Sequence record: MT350293.1
Length of the DNA: 39,964 nucleotides
Source: Enterococcus phage EFA-2
Reading direction: 5' to 3' (one strand)
Positions 20,441 to 31,543 of this stretch are shown piece after piece (the stretch's first letter is position 1; every line of letters begins with the position of its first letter). Below the pieces are notes generated by a model. That model saw nothing but the letters and a program-made list of their open reading frames with translations, ran no database searches and was not told the DNA's origin. A program made the translations under genes and the position numbers.

Positions 20441-20740
20441 TTAAATATTGATGCCGCCACCTGAGCTACGGGCTACACTCAATGACTTCTTACCGCCAGA
20501 ACGAGCTTTCTTACGTCCGCTTTCGGTCTGTGCTTCATCCTCGGTGGAGACCTCTTTCTCAGGTACATCAACAATCTGTGCAGCAGGAGTGGCAGCCTGT
20601 GGGACCTCCACAACCTGTGCTTCACCTGCACCGCCAGCCAGACCACCTGCAACCTGTTTAACCGGACGTGTCACTTCCTTAGTAACTTTCTTAACTGCTT
20701 TCTTAACGGCCTTAGTTGCCTTCTTAACTGCCTTACCCAT
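20441..20740 (-). CDS. 7.3: gp7.3 tail-associated basic protein (99 aa)
   Basis: KK-rich MGKAVKKATKAVKK...; matches T7 gp7.3. It is followed directly by gene 8, so T7 gene 7.7 is absent. Confidence 0.9.
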   Translation of the reverse strand: MGKAVKKATKAVKKAVKKVTKEVTRPVKQVAGGLAGGAGEAQVVEVPQAATPAAQIVDVPEKEVSTEDEAQTESGRKKARSGGKKSLSVARSSGGGINI

Positions 20741-20743
20741 AGC

Positions 20744-21145
20744 TTATACCTCCTTAAAGTATACACGCATCGTCTCGCCTTCATGTTTGCAACGAGACAC
20801 CCAATCACAATCATGGAGTTCTGCAAGGTACTTAAAGCGTTTCGCTAGGAATCGCTGTAAGCCCTTAGAGTCTGCCTCAGGATTAATGACAACTGACGTT
20901 ACGTCCAGAATGTCTCCTTTGTGGTGAATATCACAGCTTACGCACCACGCGAAGTACGCTACATGTTTTCCGGTAGAGTCCAGAATGTACTCTTCACGGC
21001 AACCAGACATGTCCATTACTTCGTCTACGTAGAGGCTGTAGCCCACAAAGTGTCCTTCGAATCCTTTAGGCAACCCAAGGTGTTCCACAGTCCACCTGAT
21101 TGCACGGAAGCGACTCTTGGCCTCCACACATGTGAACTCAGACAT
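20744..21145 (-). CDS. 7: gp7 host-range / virion protein (133 aa)
   Basis: Start at the ATG overlapping the 6.7 stop (TGATG); MSEFTCVEAK... matches T7 gp7. The ORF-track start is one codon upstream (non-ATG). Confidence 0.88.
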   Translation of the reverse strand: MSEFTCVEAKSRFRAIRWTVEHLGLPKGFEGHFVGYSLYVDEVMDMSGCREEYILDSTGKHVAYFAWCVSCDIHHKGDILDVTSVVINPEADSKGLQRFLAKRFKYLAELHDCDWVSRCKHEGETMRVYFKEV

Positions 21146-21411
21146 CACTTCTTACCTCCGAATGCGGACTTACGGATTGAAGATTTCATACGAGAGGAGC
21201 CAGTATCGCTGGCCTTATACTTCGCTACGGAATCATCACGTTCGACCTTGAGGCCTTTACGTCCATACACTTCGGTGCCTTCGGTATCCGTCTCATCAGA
21301 AGACCCACCGAACTCTACGCTTGACACTTCTTGGGTCAGAGGCGCTGGCTCAATGGCTCGAATCTGATTGGTATCCATCTTTGGAGTTTTAATTTTCGGT
21401 GAGAAACACAT
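21145..21411 (-). CDS. 6.7: gp6.7 virion protein (88 aa)
   Basis: Start at MCFSPKIKTPK; matches T7 gp6.7. The ORF track extends 7 codons upstream. Confidence 0.85.
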   Translation of the reverse strand: MCFSPKIKTPKMDTNQIRAIEPAPLTQEVSSVEFGGSSDETDTEGTEVYGRKGLKVERDDSVAKYKASDTGSSRMKSSIRKSAFGGKK

Positions 21412-21415
21412 AGTG

Positions 21416-21670
21416 TCAATCCTCCCCATCATCTCTTAGTTGTTCCTTGCGCAACTCAATCTCGTCAATGACGTTAGAGGCATACTGTAGGCCCTGAATG
21501 AAACCCAAGATGTGGGCCTCACTGCAACCATTAGCACGCATAAGTCCTATATGACCAGACGCTTCGAGGTACGCATAGTTGAATCGAACCTGTAGATACT
21601 CAGCAGTCGCACGAGGCACGTCTGGAACATCGTTAGGGTTCTTAAGTAATTGGTTAATAGGTGTTAGCAT
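21416..21670 (-). CDS. 6.5: gp6.5 (84 aa)
   Basis: [15 protein letters not shown]... matches T7 gp6.5. Confidence 0.9.
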   Translation of the reverse strand: MLTPINQLLKNPNDVPDVPRATAEYLQVRFNYAYLEASGHIGLMRANGCSEAHILGFIQGLQYASNVIDEIELRKEQLRDDGED

Positions 21671-21689
21671 AATAAAGATTCCTCTTAGA

Positions 21690-21735
21690 GTTAAATCTTA
21701 AAGTAATAATCATAAAGGCCCCTATCTCCCTATAG
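21690..21735 (-). promoter_or_regulatory. RNase III hairpin R6.5-like
   Basis: rc GGGAGATAGGGGCCTTTATGATTATTACTTTAAG at the 5' end of the phi6.5 transcript. Confidence 0.5.
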
Positions 21736-21747
21736 TGAGTCGTATTA
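21725..21747 (-). promoter_or_regulatory. T7 RNAP promoter phi6.5
   Basis: rc = TAATACGACTCACTATAGGGAGA. Confidence 0.85.
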
Positions 21748-21767
21748 ATTTAGGGACCTTGAGTTTA

Positions 21768-21881
21768 TCACTTAGAGTCTTGTAACGACTTGATTATTCG
21801 GGATAAGTCCCAAAGGCCCCACGCAATGAGGCACATTCCGAGGACACAAAGACCAATGCCAATATATGCTACGGCCTCCAC
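21768..21881 (-). CDS. 6.3: gp6.3 small membrane protein (37 aa, GTG start)
   Basis: Manual translation gives VEAVAYIGIGLCVLGMCLIAWGLWDLSRIIKSLQDSK*; the GTG overlaps the gene 6 stop as in T7. Confidence 0.6.
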   Translation of the reverse strand: MEAVAYIGIGLCVLGMCLIAWGLWDLSRIIKSLQDSK

Positions 21882-22771
21882 AGGTAAATCTCCTTGTCGA
21901 TAAAGTTGTACTCATCGAACCGCAGGATGCGAGCCATCTGGCCCTGCTTGATGACATCCTCTTCGGTCATACCAGCCTTCGCACCGATGGACTTAATGCA
22001 GTCCCAAAGCGTCTCATGAGGCTCAGGGGCGCGCTTAACCCACTTGGTAACCTCTTGGCCTTTGTTCTTCCCAGACTTAAGCACAGACGTTTTAGGCTCG
22101 GTTATGAACGGGTTATTCAAGAAGTCCTCAGCGGTATCACCCCATCCAGCAATCCCTGAGTAGCCATCGGTAATGTCACCCTTGATGGTCTGGAAGAGGT
22201 GCCACCAATCAGCGGACTCTTCGGTCTGAGTCAGGATATTACCAGTGGTACACCACAGGAAGTCACAGTTAGGGATTGTCTTAAAGTCCTTATCGCACGA
22301 GATGATTACAGCCTTACGCGCACCGAATGCAGACGGATTGGAAGCAATCACTCCCATAACGTCATCGCCCTCAAGCATAGGCTCACGGATGCAATAGAAC
22401 TCTTCGCGCTCAAAGAGAGCATCAAGGAACTCAAAGTAACCTACAGGTTTCTTAGTTGCCTTACGGTTAGCCTTGTAGTTTGGGTCAACAAGTTCTTTAC
22501 GCCAGTTAACGCTATCGGTGAACGCAAGGACAATCGGAGCACCTACCCAAGCCTTCTTGCGGGTCTCGTAGGACTTAATGGAATCCTCAAGAATCTGACG
22601 GGCCTTAGCGTGGTCACAGCAGCGGTGCCAAATTTCTTCCTCCCATGAGGCATCAAACTCAGCGGCACTCATCGCTTGGAAGACCAGCCAGTCACCATCC
22701 ATCACAAGGATACCCTTGTCGTCACATCCTTCGCGTAACTCATAGAATTGTTTAAGGTCAAGAAGTGCCAT
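21869..22771 (-). CDS. 6: 5'-3' exonuclease (300 aa)
   Basis: Matches T7 gp6. Confidence 0.95.
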   Translation of the reverse strand: MALLDLKQFYELREGCDDKGILVMDGDWLVFQAMSAAEFDASWEEEIWHRCCDHAKARQILEDSIKSYETRKKAWVGAPIVLAFTDSVNWRKELVDPNYKANRKATKKPVGYFEFLDALFEREEFYCIREPMLEGDDVMGVIASNPSAFGARKAVIISCDKDFKTIPNCDFLWCTTGNILTQTEESADWWHLFQTIKGDITDGYSGIAGWGDTAEDFLNNPFITEPKTSVLKSGKNKGQEVTKWVKRAPEPHETLWDCIKSIGAKAGMTEEDVIKQGQMARILRFDEYNFIDKEIYLWRP

Positions 22772-22916
22772 TAAGTTTCTCCTCTAGCTCCGCTACGTAT
22801 TCATCAGCTTCCATCAGTTGATTCTTAAGGCTATCGTTCTCACGTTCCAGAGAGTCGATGTAGCCCTGCATATCATTCCACGCATCACGAGTAATTGTTA
22901 CAGTGTCACGAATCAT
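22758..22916 (-). CDS. 5.9: gp5.9 RecBCD inhibitor-like (52 aa)
   Basis: Start at MIRDTVTITRDAWNDMQGYIDSLEREND..., overlapping the 5.7 stop (TGATG); matches T7 gp5.9. The ORF track extends upstream. Confidence 0.8.
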   Translation of the reverse strand: MIRDTVTITRDAWNDMQGYIDSLERENDSLKNQLMEADEYVAELEEKLNGTS

Positions 22917-23125
22917 CAGACACACCCTCCCATTCGTTTCAGAAAGCGAGTACCGGAAGCTGTAATTTCCCAAGCGCCACCATTGCGCCCACTAGTTGTC
23001 AGGCACGATATGTGACCACGGGAAGCGGCCTCCGCTACGAGGCTCGCATTGTTCCGTACATAGTTGGACTGGAAAGTCTTAGGGCAACTTTTGATTGCTT
23101 GCAGTACTTTCAGATATTCACTCAT
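22916..23125 (-). CDS. 5.7: gp5.7 (69 aa)
   Basis: MSEYLKVLQAIKSCPKTFQSNYV... matches T7 gp5.7. Confidence 0.88.
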   Translation of the reverse strand: MSEYLKVLQAIKSCPKTFQSNYVRNNASLVAEAASRGHISCLTTSGRNGGAWEITASGTRFLKRMGGCV

Positions 23126-23241
23126 CACATCACCTCAAAATATCCACATTTGATACACTCTCGGCAGCAAAAACCAATGACACCTTTAACTATGAAAGAG
23201 TGGTCGCACTCCTTCTTATTCTTTATGCGCTTGATAGTCAT
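23125..23241 (-). CDS. Hypothetical 38-aa Cys-rich micro-protein (MTIKRIKNKKECDHSFIVKGVIGFCCRECIKCGYFEVM), not in T7
   Basis: Found by manual translation of the ~110-nt gap between genes 5.5 and 5.7 (contiguous in T7). The ATG overlaps the 5.5 TAA, GGGAGG lies 7 nt upstream, and the TGA overlaps the 5.7 ATG. C-x-H...CC-x2-C-x2-C pattern. Confidence 0.4.
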   Translation of the reverse strand: MTIKRIKNKKECDHSFIVKGVIGFCCRECIKCGYFEVM

Positions 23242-23540
23242 TAGAACACCTCCCGTACAGTAGCAGGAGATAGCTTGAAGCAGTCCTTATCGGAATACTC
23301 TTCGTGCATGTCCTTGATGGCCTCACGGAACGATGTACGCACTACGAATTCCATCACGCCTTCCATACCGTGTGTCAGGAACTGGACAATCATTTCCTTC
23401 TGTTTACCATCTGGTACAATCGCACCTGAGCCGACCTGCTTACATAGATGCAGCATGTCTTTCTCCAAGATTGCCTGAACGTCAGACGGCATCTTTGCGG
23501 TAACGTCGAAGGACACTTTAAATTTCTTGGTCATAGCCAT
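23241..23540 (-). CDS. 5.5: gp5.5 (H-NS-binding protein family, 99 aa)
   Basis: Start at MAMTKKFKVSF with RBS TAGGAGA; matches T7 gp5.5. The ORF-track upstream extension overlaps gene 5. Confidence 0.88.
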   Translation of the reverse strand: MAMTKKFKVSFDVTAKMPSDVQAILEKDMLHLCKQVGSGAIVPDGKQKEMIVQFLTHGMEGVMEFVVRTSFREAIKDMHEEYSDKDCFKLSPATVREVF

Positions 23541-23559
23541 AATAATTTCTCCTATAGAA

Positions 23560-25725
23560 TTAGTGACATACGGCCCAATTAGGGCCCATCTTACCTTCGG
23601 TATCCAGAAGACACCGGAAGTTCCAGTGGTCTCCAACCCAGCGCATTGCTTCTTGTGCAGTCTCAATGACCACCTTAGCAATCTCTTCGGTACGGCAACC
23701 TACTTGGATTTCATCGTGGACCCACGCCATGTACGCAAAGTCCCCATCCCAGCCATGCTTCAAGCCTTTCTCTAAGAGCATCTCTTCGGTCTTGATAATC
23801 CACAGCTTGCAGATGAGCGCACCAGCAGATTGCAACAAGGTGTTAAGCGCAGCGTGTGGACTACGAACGTGGACTTTACGTCCATCAAGTCCTTTAATCC
23901 AGCGCCGTTTCCACTTGACTCGCTGCTCACCAGCTACCCACTGAGATGACTCAACAAGCGTCTGTTGGATAGACTCTCGGAGTGCGGCAATCGCTGGGGT
24001 GTTCTCAAGGAATTTCTTCTTGAGTTCCTTACCTCGTTCTTTACCAGCCCCTACAATCTGCCCAGTCTTCTCGTCTCCAGCACCATAGAGGAACCCATAG
24101 ATAAACGTCTTTGCGTTATCTCGCATCAGGTCATGTTCCTTATTATGCTTATCACGGGCAATGTTTGGTGCTAAGTCTGCAGCAATTGCGTTCTTCCAGT
24201 GAATATCACCATTAAGAATCTCGTGAGCGTACTCGCCGTTATCAAAGCGAGCCATAAAGTGGGCCAAGCAGCGTAGCTCAAGACCGGATGCGTCGATACC
24301 TGCCTGAACCCAAGGCTTACCAGTAATGCCGTCTAGGTGATGTTCAGCGCCAAAAGCAGCGCGGCACTTATCACCATAAGGAGAACGGACACCTGGTATC
24401 TGTGCGAGGTTAGGGAAAGCGTGAGTAGCGCGACCAGTAACTGCCCCGTTAGGGTTTACAGAGCCGTGAATCTTACCATCATCGGCAACGTAGCGAAGCC
24501 ATGCCTTGTCTCCCTCAGCAGACTGTCCGATTCGCTTCTGAATCATCAAGTATTCTTTAATAAGGTCGATTGCAGCTTGCTTCTCAGGGTCATCTACACG
24601 TACTCCTTCGAGTACCTCATCGTCCACCACAGGCGCACCCTTATCGGTGTACTTGGTTGGGACCCATCCGGCCTCTTGGAGTTTCTTCTGGATGTGGTCA
24701 CGAGACGAAGGGTTAAACACAACGTGCTCCACTGGAGTATATGGGGCACCAGCAACGTACTCGCGGGTATCAAGTTCGCAAGGCTCACGGCCCTCTCGCT
24801 GTGCCTTGTTCTTAGGCTTCTTAAAGATGCCACCGACTTTAGGTGTCTTAATGCGAGGGTATTTAGGCAATGGCTTACCAGTCCGCGGATGGCAGAACAT
24901 CTCTGTACCACCCTTAGGCTGATACCACGAGCCGAACGTTTCGGTCAATTTGCGGAGCAACTCAGAGCGGCGAGCAGCCAACTCTACGTACAACTCTTCG
25001 ATTGCCTTCGTGTCAAACGGGAACCCATTGCGCTCTTGCTTAGCGAGTAGCCATGCGGCGCGATGCTCAATATCAACAGCCTCACACGATGCAGTCCAGA
25101 ATGGGTGGTTCAAGGAATAAGCGTGAGTGTAGAACTCAAGGTCTTCTGGGAAGTAATGAGCGTCACTCAGAAGTTTCTCAAGGAGAGCCTTAGTGACCAC
25201 AACGTCCTGAACGTTATAGGCCATCATCTCTTCGTTGAAGTTCCACCACTCCATTCCGTCAACGTATTCCTCACCCTGCTCTGCAAGCATACGCTTAAAG
25301 TCGTCCTTGTATTCACCCTTCATCTCGCCTAAGCGATAACCCCACGCCTCCAAAGCATGAGACCCAAAGCGTTTCCCAGGCAACTTACCGGAGCGCAGGA
25401 GACCCATATCAGTGTCTTTGAGGTTAGAGTGAATCAATCGTGAAAGCACTAGGGTGTCAATACAGTTCTCACGAGGAAGGTGGAACTCTCGGTTCAATTG
25501 CAGCTTTGCAAGTTTGGTCAATGCGGGAACGTCATACTTGTGACCGTTGTGGAACACAATAAGACCGCCTCGTGCAACCTCGGCTTCCAGCGCATCTAGA
25601 TACGCACCGAAGTCACTCGGACGGTAGCTTACGTACTCAGCGGTGGAGTAGTCGTAGATAACCCCGCAGTGGAACTTAGTGACGCTCTCTAAGAGGGCGT
25701 TAGCTTCGATGTCAGAAACGATCAT
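23560..25725 (-). CDS. 5: DNA polymerase (family A) with 3'-5' exonuclease and thioredoxin-binding domain (721 aa)
   Basis: Matches T7 gp5. O-helix [16 protein letters not shown] is preceded by a ~14-aa insertion ([17 protein letters not shown]) relative to the recalled T7 sequence. Confidence 0.95.
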   Translation of the reverse strand: MIVSDIEANALLESVTKFHCGVIYDYSTAEYVSYRPSDFGAYLDALEAEVARGGLIVFHNGHKYDVPALTKLAKLQLNREFHLPRENCIDTLVLSRLIHSNLKDTDMGLLRSGKLPGKRFGSHALEAWGYRLGEMKGEYKDDFKRMLAEQGEEYVDGMEWWNFNEEMMAYNVQDVVVTKALLEKLLSDAHYFPEDLEFYTHAYSLNHPFWTASCEAVDIEHRAAWLLAKQERNGFPFDTKAIEELYVELAARRSELLRKLTETFGSWYQPKGGTEMFCHPRTGKPLPKYPRIKTPKVGGIFKKPKNKAQREGREPCELDTREYVAGAPYTPVEHVVFNPSSRDHIQKKLQEAGWVPTKYTDKGAPVVDDEVLEGVRVDDPEKQAAIDLIKEYLMIQKRIGQSAEGDKAWLRYVADDGKIHGSVNPNGAVTGRATHAFPNLAQIPGVRSPYGDKCRAAFGAEHHLDGITGKPWVQAGIDASGLELRCLAHFMARFDNGEYAHEILNGDIHWKNAIAADLAPNIARDKHNKEHDLMRDNAKTFIYGFLYGAGDEKTGQIVGAGKERGKELKKKFLENTPAIAALRESIQQTLVESSQWVAGEQRVKWKRRWIKGLDGRKVHVRSPHAALNTLLQSAGALICKLWIIKTEEMLLEKGLKHGWDGDFAYMAWVHDEIQVGCRTEEIAKVVIETAQEAMRWVGDHWNFRCLLDTEGKMGPNWAVCH

Positions 25726-25743
25726 ATTGATTTCTCCTATTGA

Positions 25744-26151
25744 TTATCGTGACTTAACAATCTCTTCATATGAGACAACTGTCAAGAAACCTGTGTGAAT
25801 CGAGTGGATTTTATCGGCTACGATTGCACCTCGTGGCGTGACGCTGGTGATGTAGGATACTTGTGCATATCTGTCTCGCACTGAGCGGACGTAGCCATAC
25901 CCACCAACGACTCCCATGTCAATCTTAACCCAATCACCAGCCTTGATGTGTGTCATAGTCTCCTTATCGAACACCTTATGGCTCAGATTGTTAACTTCTG
26001 GTTTCTTCCAACCAGTCTGTCTTGTCCAAGTCCAGCCTAAGTTCTTCAAGATGTGAACAGCCGAGCGAGTCTTAGCTTCATGGTACTTAACGTCCTCCAG
26101 TTCAGCTTCCAGTTTAGCGATTTCTGCTTGGATAACTTTAGGGTCACGCAT
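25744..26151 (-). CDS. 4.7: gp4.7 (135 aa)
   Basis: Start at MRDPKVIQAEIAKLE; matches T7 gp4.7. The ORF-track N-terminal extension reads through the phi4.7 promoter. Confidence 0.88.
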   Translation of the reverse strand: MRDPKVIQAEIAKLEAELEDVKYHEAKTRSAVHILKNLGWTWTRQTGWKKPEVNNLSHKVFDKETMTHIKAGDWVKIDMGVVGGYGYVRSVRDRYAQVSYITSVTPRGAIVADKIHSIHTGFLTVVSYEEIVKSR

Positions 26152-26157
26152 GATAAT

Positions 26158-26180
26158 ATCTCCTATAGTGAGTCGAATAG
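26158..26180 (-). promoter_or_regulatory. T7 RNAP promoter phi4.7
   Basis: rc = CTATTCGACTCACTATAGGAGAT (class II variant) immediately upstream of gene 4.7. Confidence 0.8.
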
Positions 26181-26232
26181 TATTCATGAAGGCCACCACT
26201 AGGGCGACCTTGAGTATACCACTCTTAGCTAT
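26181..26232 (-). promoter_or_regulatory. RNase III hairpin R4.7-like
   Basis: rc GGTATACTCAAGGTCGCCCTAGTGGTGGCCTTCATGAATA, same core as T7 R4.7. Confidence 0.5.
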
Positions 26233-26495
26233 CAAATCTTGTCGAGGATAGCCATAGCTTCATCCACGCGACCAGCTTCATGAATTGCGGTCACGGCAGC
26301 TTTGGTAAGCGCATTGACAAGACGCAGTGCTTGCTCGTCCGTCAACGTCATACGCTGAGTGTGATTCTTAGAGGACTTAGAGTCCTTCCAGCGGTAAACC
26401 ATAGTCGCCTTACCGTTGCGAACGTTGATGTGGACTCGACGGTTCCACTGGTCAGCGGTATCGGATAGACGGATAGTTTCAGCTACGTTAGACAT
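26232..26495 (-). CDS. 4.5: gp4.5 (87 aa)
   Basis: Start at MSNVAETIRLSDTADQWNRR with AGGAGA RBS; matches T7 gp4.5. Confidence 0.85.
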   Translation of the reverse strand: MSNVAETIRLSDTADQWNRRVHINVRNGKATMVYRWKDSKSSKNHTQRMTLTDEQALRLVNALTKAAVTAIHEAGRVDEAMAILDKI

Positions 26496-26514
26496 AATGG
26501 TTTCTCCTGTTTGA

Positions 26515-26727
26515 TTACTCAAAGAATTTGGAAAGCTGTTGAGCTTGGTTAGCTACACGGGCAGCTTCTGTAACTTTTGTGGATGCACTGTCAGCCAGTT
26601 CGTTGGAGCGAATCGCCAGAGCACGTGACTGCGTGGACTCTTTACGAGCCTCATCGTTCAGGCGTTTAGCTTCAACGTTGTACATGCGAACCAGCAGTTG
26701 GCCCAACTTCTTAATCAGTTTGAACAT
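26515..26727 (-). CDS. 4.3: gp4.3 (70 aa)
   Basis: MFKLIKKLGQLLVRMYNVEAKRLN... matches T7 gp4.3. Confidence 0.9.
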   Translation of the reverse strand: MFKLIKKLGQLLVRMYNVEAKRLNDEARKESTQSRALAIRSNELADSASTKVTEAARVANQAQQLSKFFE

Positions 26728-26732
26728 GATGT

Positions 26733-26752
26733 GTCTCCTTTAGTGAGTTGTA

Positions 26753-26755
<3 letters not shown>
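26733..26755 (-). promoter_or_regulatory. T7 RNAP promoter phi4.3 (A at -11)
   Basis: rc = TAATACAACTCACTAAAGGAGAC. Confidence 0.75.
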
Positions 26756-28538
<1,783 letters not shown>

Positions 28539-28570
28539 TCAACATTGCGAACAAAGGGAAACCGTTGTGG

Positions 28571-28593
28571 TCTCCCTTTAGTGAGTTCAATTA
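28571..28593 (-). promoter_or_regulatory. T7 RNAP promoter phi3.8
   Basis: rc = TAATTGAACTCACTAAAGGGAGA followed by the CCACAACGGTTTCCC hairpin. Gene 4 starts 48 nt downstream, so no gene 3.8. Confidence 0.8.
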
Positions 28594-28594
28594 A

Positions 28595-29050
28595 TTATCC
28601 ACGGTCAGAAGTGACCAGTTCGTTAGTCTCCCACCAACGCTTAAGGTCGAACGATGGGCAAGCCTTAGGTGCCACATCGTGATGCGCTCGAAGTACAGCG
28701 CCTTCATATTTAGCCAGTAGTGTGACAAGTAGTGAGCGAAGGGATTGCATTTGGTCTGGCGTAAAGTTAGCGTCAAACTTACCTTTATCGTCGATACCAC
28801 CTACGAGGCAGACACCAATAGAGTTGTGGTTGTAGTCCTTAGCGTGAGAGCCTACAGCCATCTCATCTCGACCTGCCTCTACAGTGCCATCGCGCTTGAT
28901 GATAAAGTGGTAGCCTACGTCCAACCAACCCCGCTCTTTGTGCCACTGGCGAATCTCACGTACACCAACATTCTGACTTGGCTTGGTAGCCGAGCAGTGG
29001 ACAAAGATTGCATCAGTGGATTCACGTTGTTTAAACTGTACACGAGACAT
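28595..29050 (-). CDS. 3.5: Lysozyme / N-acetylmuramoyl-L-alanine amidase (T7 RNAP inhibitor), 151 aa
   Basis: Matches T7 gp3.5. Confidence 0.95.
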   Translation of the reverse strand: MSRVQFKQRESTDAIFVHCSATKPSQNVGVREIRQWHKERGWLDVGYHFIIKRDGTVEAGRDEMAVGSHAKDYNHNSIGVCLVGGIDDKGKFDANFTPDQMQSLRSLLVTLLAKYEGAVLRAHHDVAPKACPSFDLKRWWETNELVTSDRG

Positions 29051-29505
29051 TACTTCTTCCCTCCTTTCGATTGTTTCAGCTTGTCAAATGGCACCTCCTT
29101 TTTGGGTTCTTTGAGCCATTCCACAGGAATTAATTTGTCAGCAAACAGGATGCCGTGCTTCTCGCACCACTCACCGTAACTGGTCGGAGACCCTTTGTAC
29201 AGCTTAGTGCGGGAGCTTGAGAACACCAGACGGATGTCCAGTTCGGGAAACTGTTCGCGAATCAATAAGTGTTTCTTTCGGTCGTCACTCTCCCATAAAC
29301 CTTTGGTTTCAATAAAGATTCCGTTAGGCAGCAGGAAGTCTGGAGTATACATATGGTTGCTCGCAGGGACAACGTAAGGGATTTTCCACAGTTCATAGTC
29401 GAACTTAATGCCCTTACCCTCTAGCTGCTTAGAGACCTTATCTTCTAGGCCGGAACGGAATGTCCCGACCTTTCGGATACCACGCGCAGCGTATGCGCCA
29501 GCCAC
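29050..29505 (-). CDS. 3: Endonuclease I (Holliday junction resolvase), 151 aa, apparent GTG start
   Basis: MAGAYAARGIRKVGTFRSGLEDK... matches T7 gp3. The first codon is GTG directly after the gene 2.5 TAA, so no gene 2.8 lies between. Confidence 0.88.
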   Translation of the reverse strand: MAGAYAARGIRKVGTFRSGLEDKVSKQLEGKGIKFDYELWKIPYVVPASNHMYTPDFLLPNGIFIETKGLWESDDRKKHLLIREQFPELDIRLVFSSSRTKLYKGSPTSYGEWCEKHGILFADKLIPVEWLKEPKKEVPFDKLKQSKGGKK

Positions 29506-30204
29506 TTAGAAATCTCCGTCTTCGTCTACTTCATCGGACTCTTCGTCGTCTTCGTCCCAGCTTTCTTCGTCGCGTGGTTTGCTCGCTTTGGCAGAACCAG
29601 AGGCAACATAGCCGTTCTCTTCAACTTCGTCAGCCCAATCATCTTCACCGCCGCCAAAGGTAGCCAGTTCGACAAGCATTACGGATTCCAGTTGCAGCTT
29701 AACGCTCGCACCTACAGCGGTGTTCCATTTGTACGGAACCAGAGAGTATTTGACTTTCAGCTTAGAGCCACCACCGATAATCGGAACGTCTTCCATCTTC
29801 TTACCTTTGGAGTCAACCACAACCAGATTGATGTGCTTGGTCTCTTTGGTCTTCTTATCTTGGAAAGACGCATAGCATTTGAACTTAAAGGTAGTCGTAC
29901 CGTCACCGTTATCGAAGAACGGCATGTCGCCTTCATATGGTTTCAGCGGTTTCTTACCACGAGCTACAGCAGGTGGGTTCGATTCGTATTCCTCAACGGC
30001 AGCAGCATAAGCCTCTTCGTGACACTTCACGATTTCATCGACCATGCGTTGGCAGCGCGGGTCTTTGTTGGGAATAGTCAGGTCAACTTTGTAGACACCG
30101 CGAGGGTTCCCAAAGCCACGCTCCTCGTTACCATAGTCCGGCTTGGCGATGTAAGCGTAAGGTTCGGCGGTGCCCAGCGCAGAGGTGAAAATCTTCTTAG
30201 CCAT
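29506..30204 (-). CDS. 2.5: ssDNA-binding protein (232 aa, acidic C-terminal F)
   Basis: Matches T7 gp2.5 including the ...DEDGDF tail. Confidence 0.95.
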   Translation of the reverse strand: MAKKIFTSALGTAEPYAYIAKPDYGNEERGFGNPRGVYKVDLTIPNKDPRCQRMVDEIVKCHEEAYAAAVEEYESNPPAVARGKKPLKPYEGDMPFFDNGDGTTTFKFKCYASFQDKKTKETKHINLVVVDSKGKKMEDVPIIGGGSKLKVKYSLVPYKWNTAVGASVKLQLESVMLVELATFGGGEDDWADEVEENGYVASGSAKASKPRDEESWDEDDEESDEVDEDGDF

Positions 30205-30253
30205 AATGTTAATCTCCTTTAGGTTTCGTTTGGTTTCTCAAAGGGAGTCTTCC

Positions 30254-30273
30254 CTCCCTAATAGTGAGTCGTA

Positions 30274-30276
<3 letters not shown>
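30254..30276 (-). promoter_or_regulatory. T7 RNAP promoter phi2.5 (+1 A)
   Basis: rc = TAATACGACTCACTATTAGGGAG; the gene 2 stop TAA forms -17..-15. Confidence 0.8.
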
Positions 30277-30623
<347 letters not shown>

Positions 30624-31024
30624 ATGATTTTATCCTATGACAGTTTGCACACAGAACGCGACACTTCACTATCTCTAGCTTAATGTCTTCATCTGACTTT
30701 CTTCCAAGGAATTGACTCACGTCAAACGCTTTTGTACTTCTATCAATGTGGTCAAAGTCCAGAGCAGCAGGATGGGCATTGAACCCGCACATCTCACACC
30801 CTTTCTCAACCTTAAAGGCATCTACCCATTGCTTCACTTCAGCCCTCTTCTTTCTCTGACTGATTACTCCGCACTTAGAGGATGATACTTTCTGAGCTTC
30901 TAAACGGTCTGGCCTAAGCCAGCATTCCTTGAAATACCCATCAGATTTGATAATGGACTTTTGGTATGTGTAGAACACGTATCCGTCTTCTCTCACATCA
31001 CCACGTTTAAAAGGTTCTCCTGTT

Positions 31025-31255
31025 TTAGGATTTATCCTTTTCATTTGCTTCCTCCAGACGCTTCAAATACCACTGAGCTTTCTTTAAGTCCTCAGTTGGA
31101 TTAAATTTCTTCTCGTAGCGCCACATATACTTAAGCACGTTACCTTTCAGGAAGCCCTTAAATGCCTCCTCCGTCATCGAAGCCCTGATAGCGTCAAGGC
31201 ACTCAATACCACCAGAAGTATAATGCGCAGGTTGGTTTACCATGTCTTTGCTCAT
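31025..31255 (-). CDS. 1.7: gp1.7-like, short form (76 aa; corresponds to the C-terminal domain of T7 gp1.7 nucleotide kinase)
   Basis: ...QPAHYTSGGIECLDAIRASMTEEAFKGFLKGNVLKYMWRY... resembles the C-terminal ~75 aa of T7 gp1.7 (KPSHYMLFDDIEAIEV...FKGYCFGNILKYRLR). The start overlaps the 1.6 stop (TGATG) as in T7. Confidence 0.7.
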   Translation of the reverse strand: MSKDMVNQPAHYTSGGIECLDAIRASMTEEAFKGFLKGNVLKYMWRYEKKFNPTEDLKKAQWYLKRLEEANEKDKS

Positions 31256-31515
31256 CAGAACACCTCCTTGATACGTTTGAGTAACAGACGGACGAACGGG
31301 AAGCGGGTCACTGCCACACTAAGAACCGGACGTTTCTTGTCTATTGCTTTCTCAAAGTCACCACGGGTGATAATGATGTGTACGTTCGGTGCCAAAGAAA
31401 CTGTGTCACCAATAAGAGGTAACTTAGCTCTGCGCCCGCTCGCACATACGATTGAACGGTCAGCACGGCGAATCGTGAAATTCTTAATGCTTTTGTTGTA
31501 ATGAAGTCTAAACAT
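31255..31515 (-). CDS. 1.6: gp1.6 (86 aa)
   Basis: [26 protein letters not shown]... matches T7 gp1.6. Confidence 0.9.
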   Translation of the reverse strand: MFRLHYNKSIKNFTIRRADRSIVCASGRRAKLPLIGDTVSLAPNVHIIITRGDFEKAIDKKRPVLSVAVTRFPFVRLLLKRIKEVF

Positions 31516-31520
31516 ATAGT

Positions 31521-31543
31521 GTCTCCTTTAGTGAGTCGTATTA
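31521..31543 (-). promoter_or_regulatory. T7 RNAP promoter phi1.6
   Basis: rc = TAATACGACTCACTAAAGGAGAC. Confidence 0.85.

Noticed and set aside
21772-21957. 61-aa minus-strand ORF overlapping genes 6 and 6.3
   Set aside because: It is in an alternative frame to the exonuclease and has no RBS. The real small gene here is the 37-aa GTG-initiated 6.3 in another frame.
22895-23263. 122-aa plus-strand ORF spanning the 5.5-5.7 insertion
   Set aside because: It is on the non-transcribed strand. The minus-strand 38-aa micro-ORF with translational coupling is the more plausible product of this insertion.
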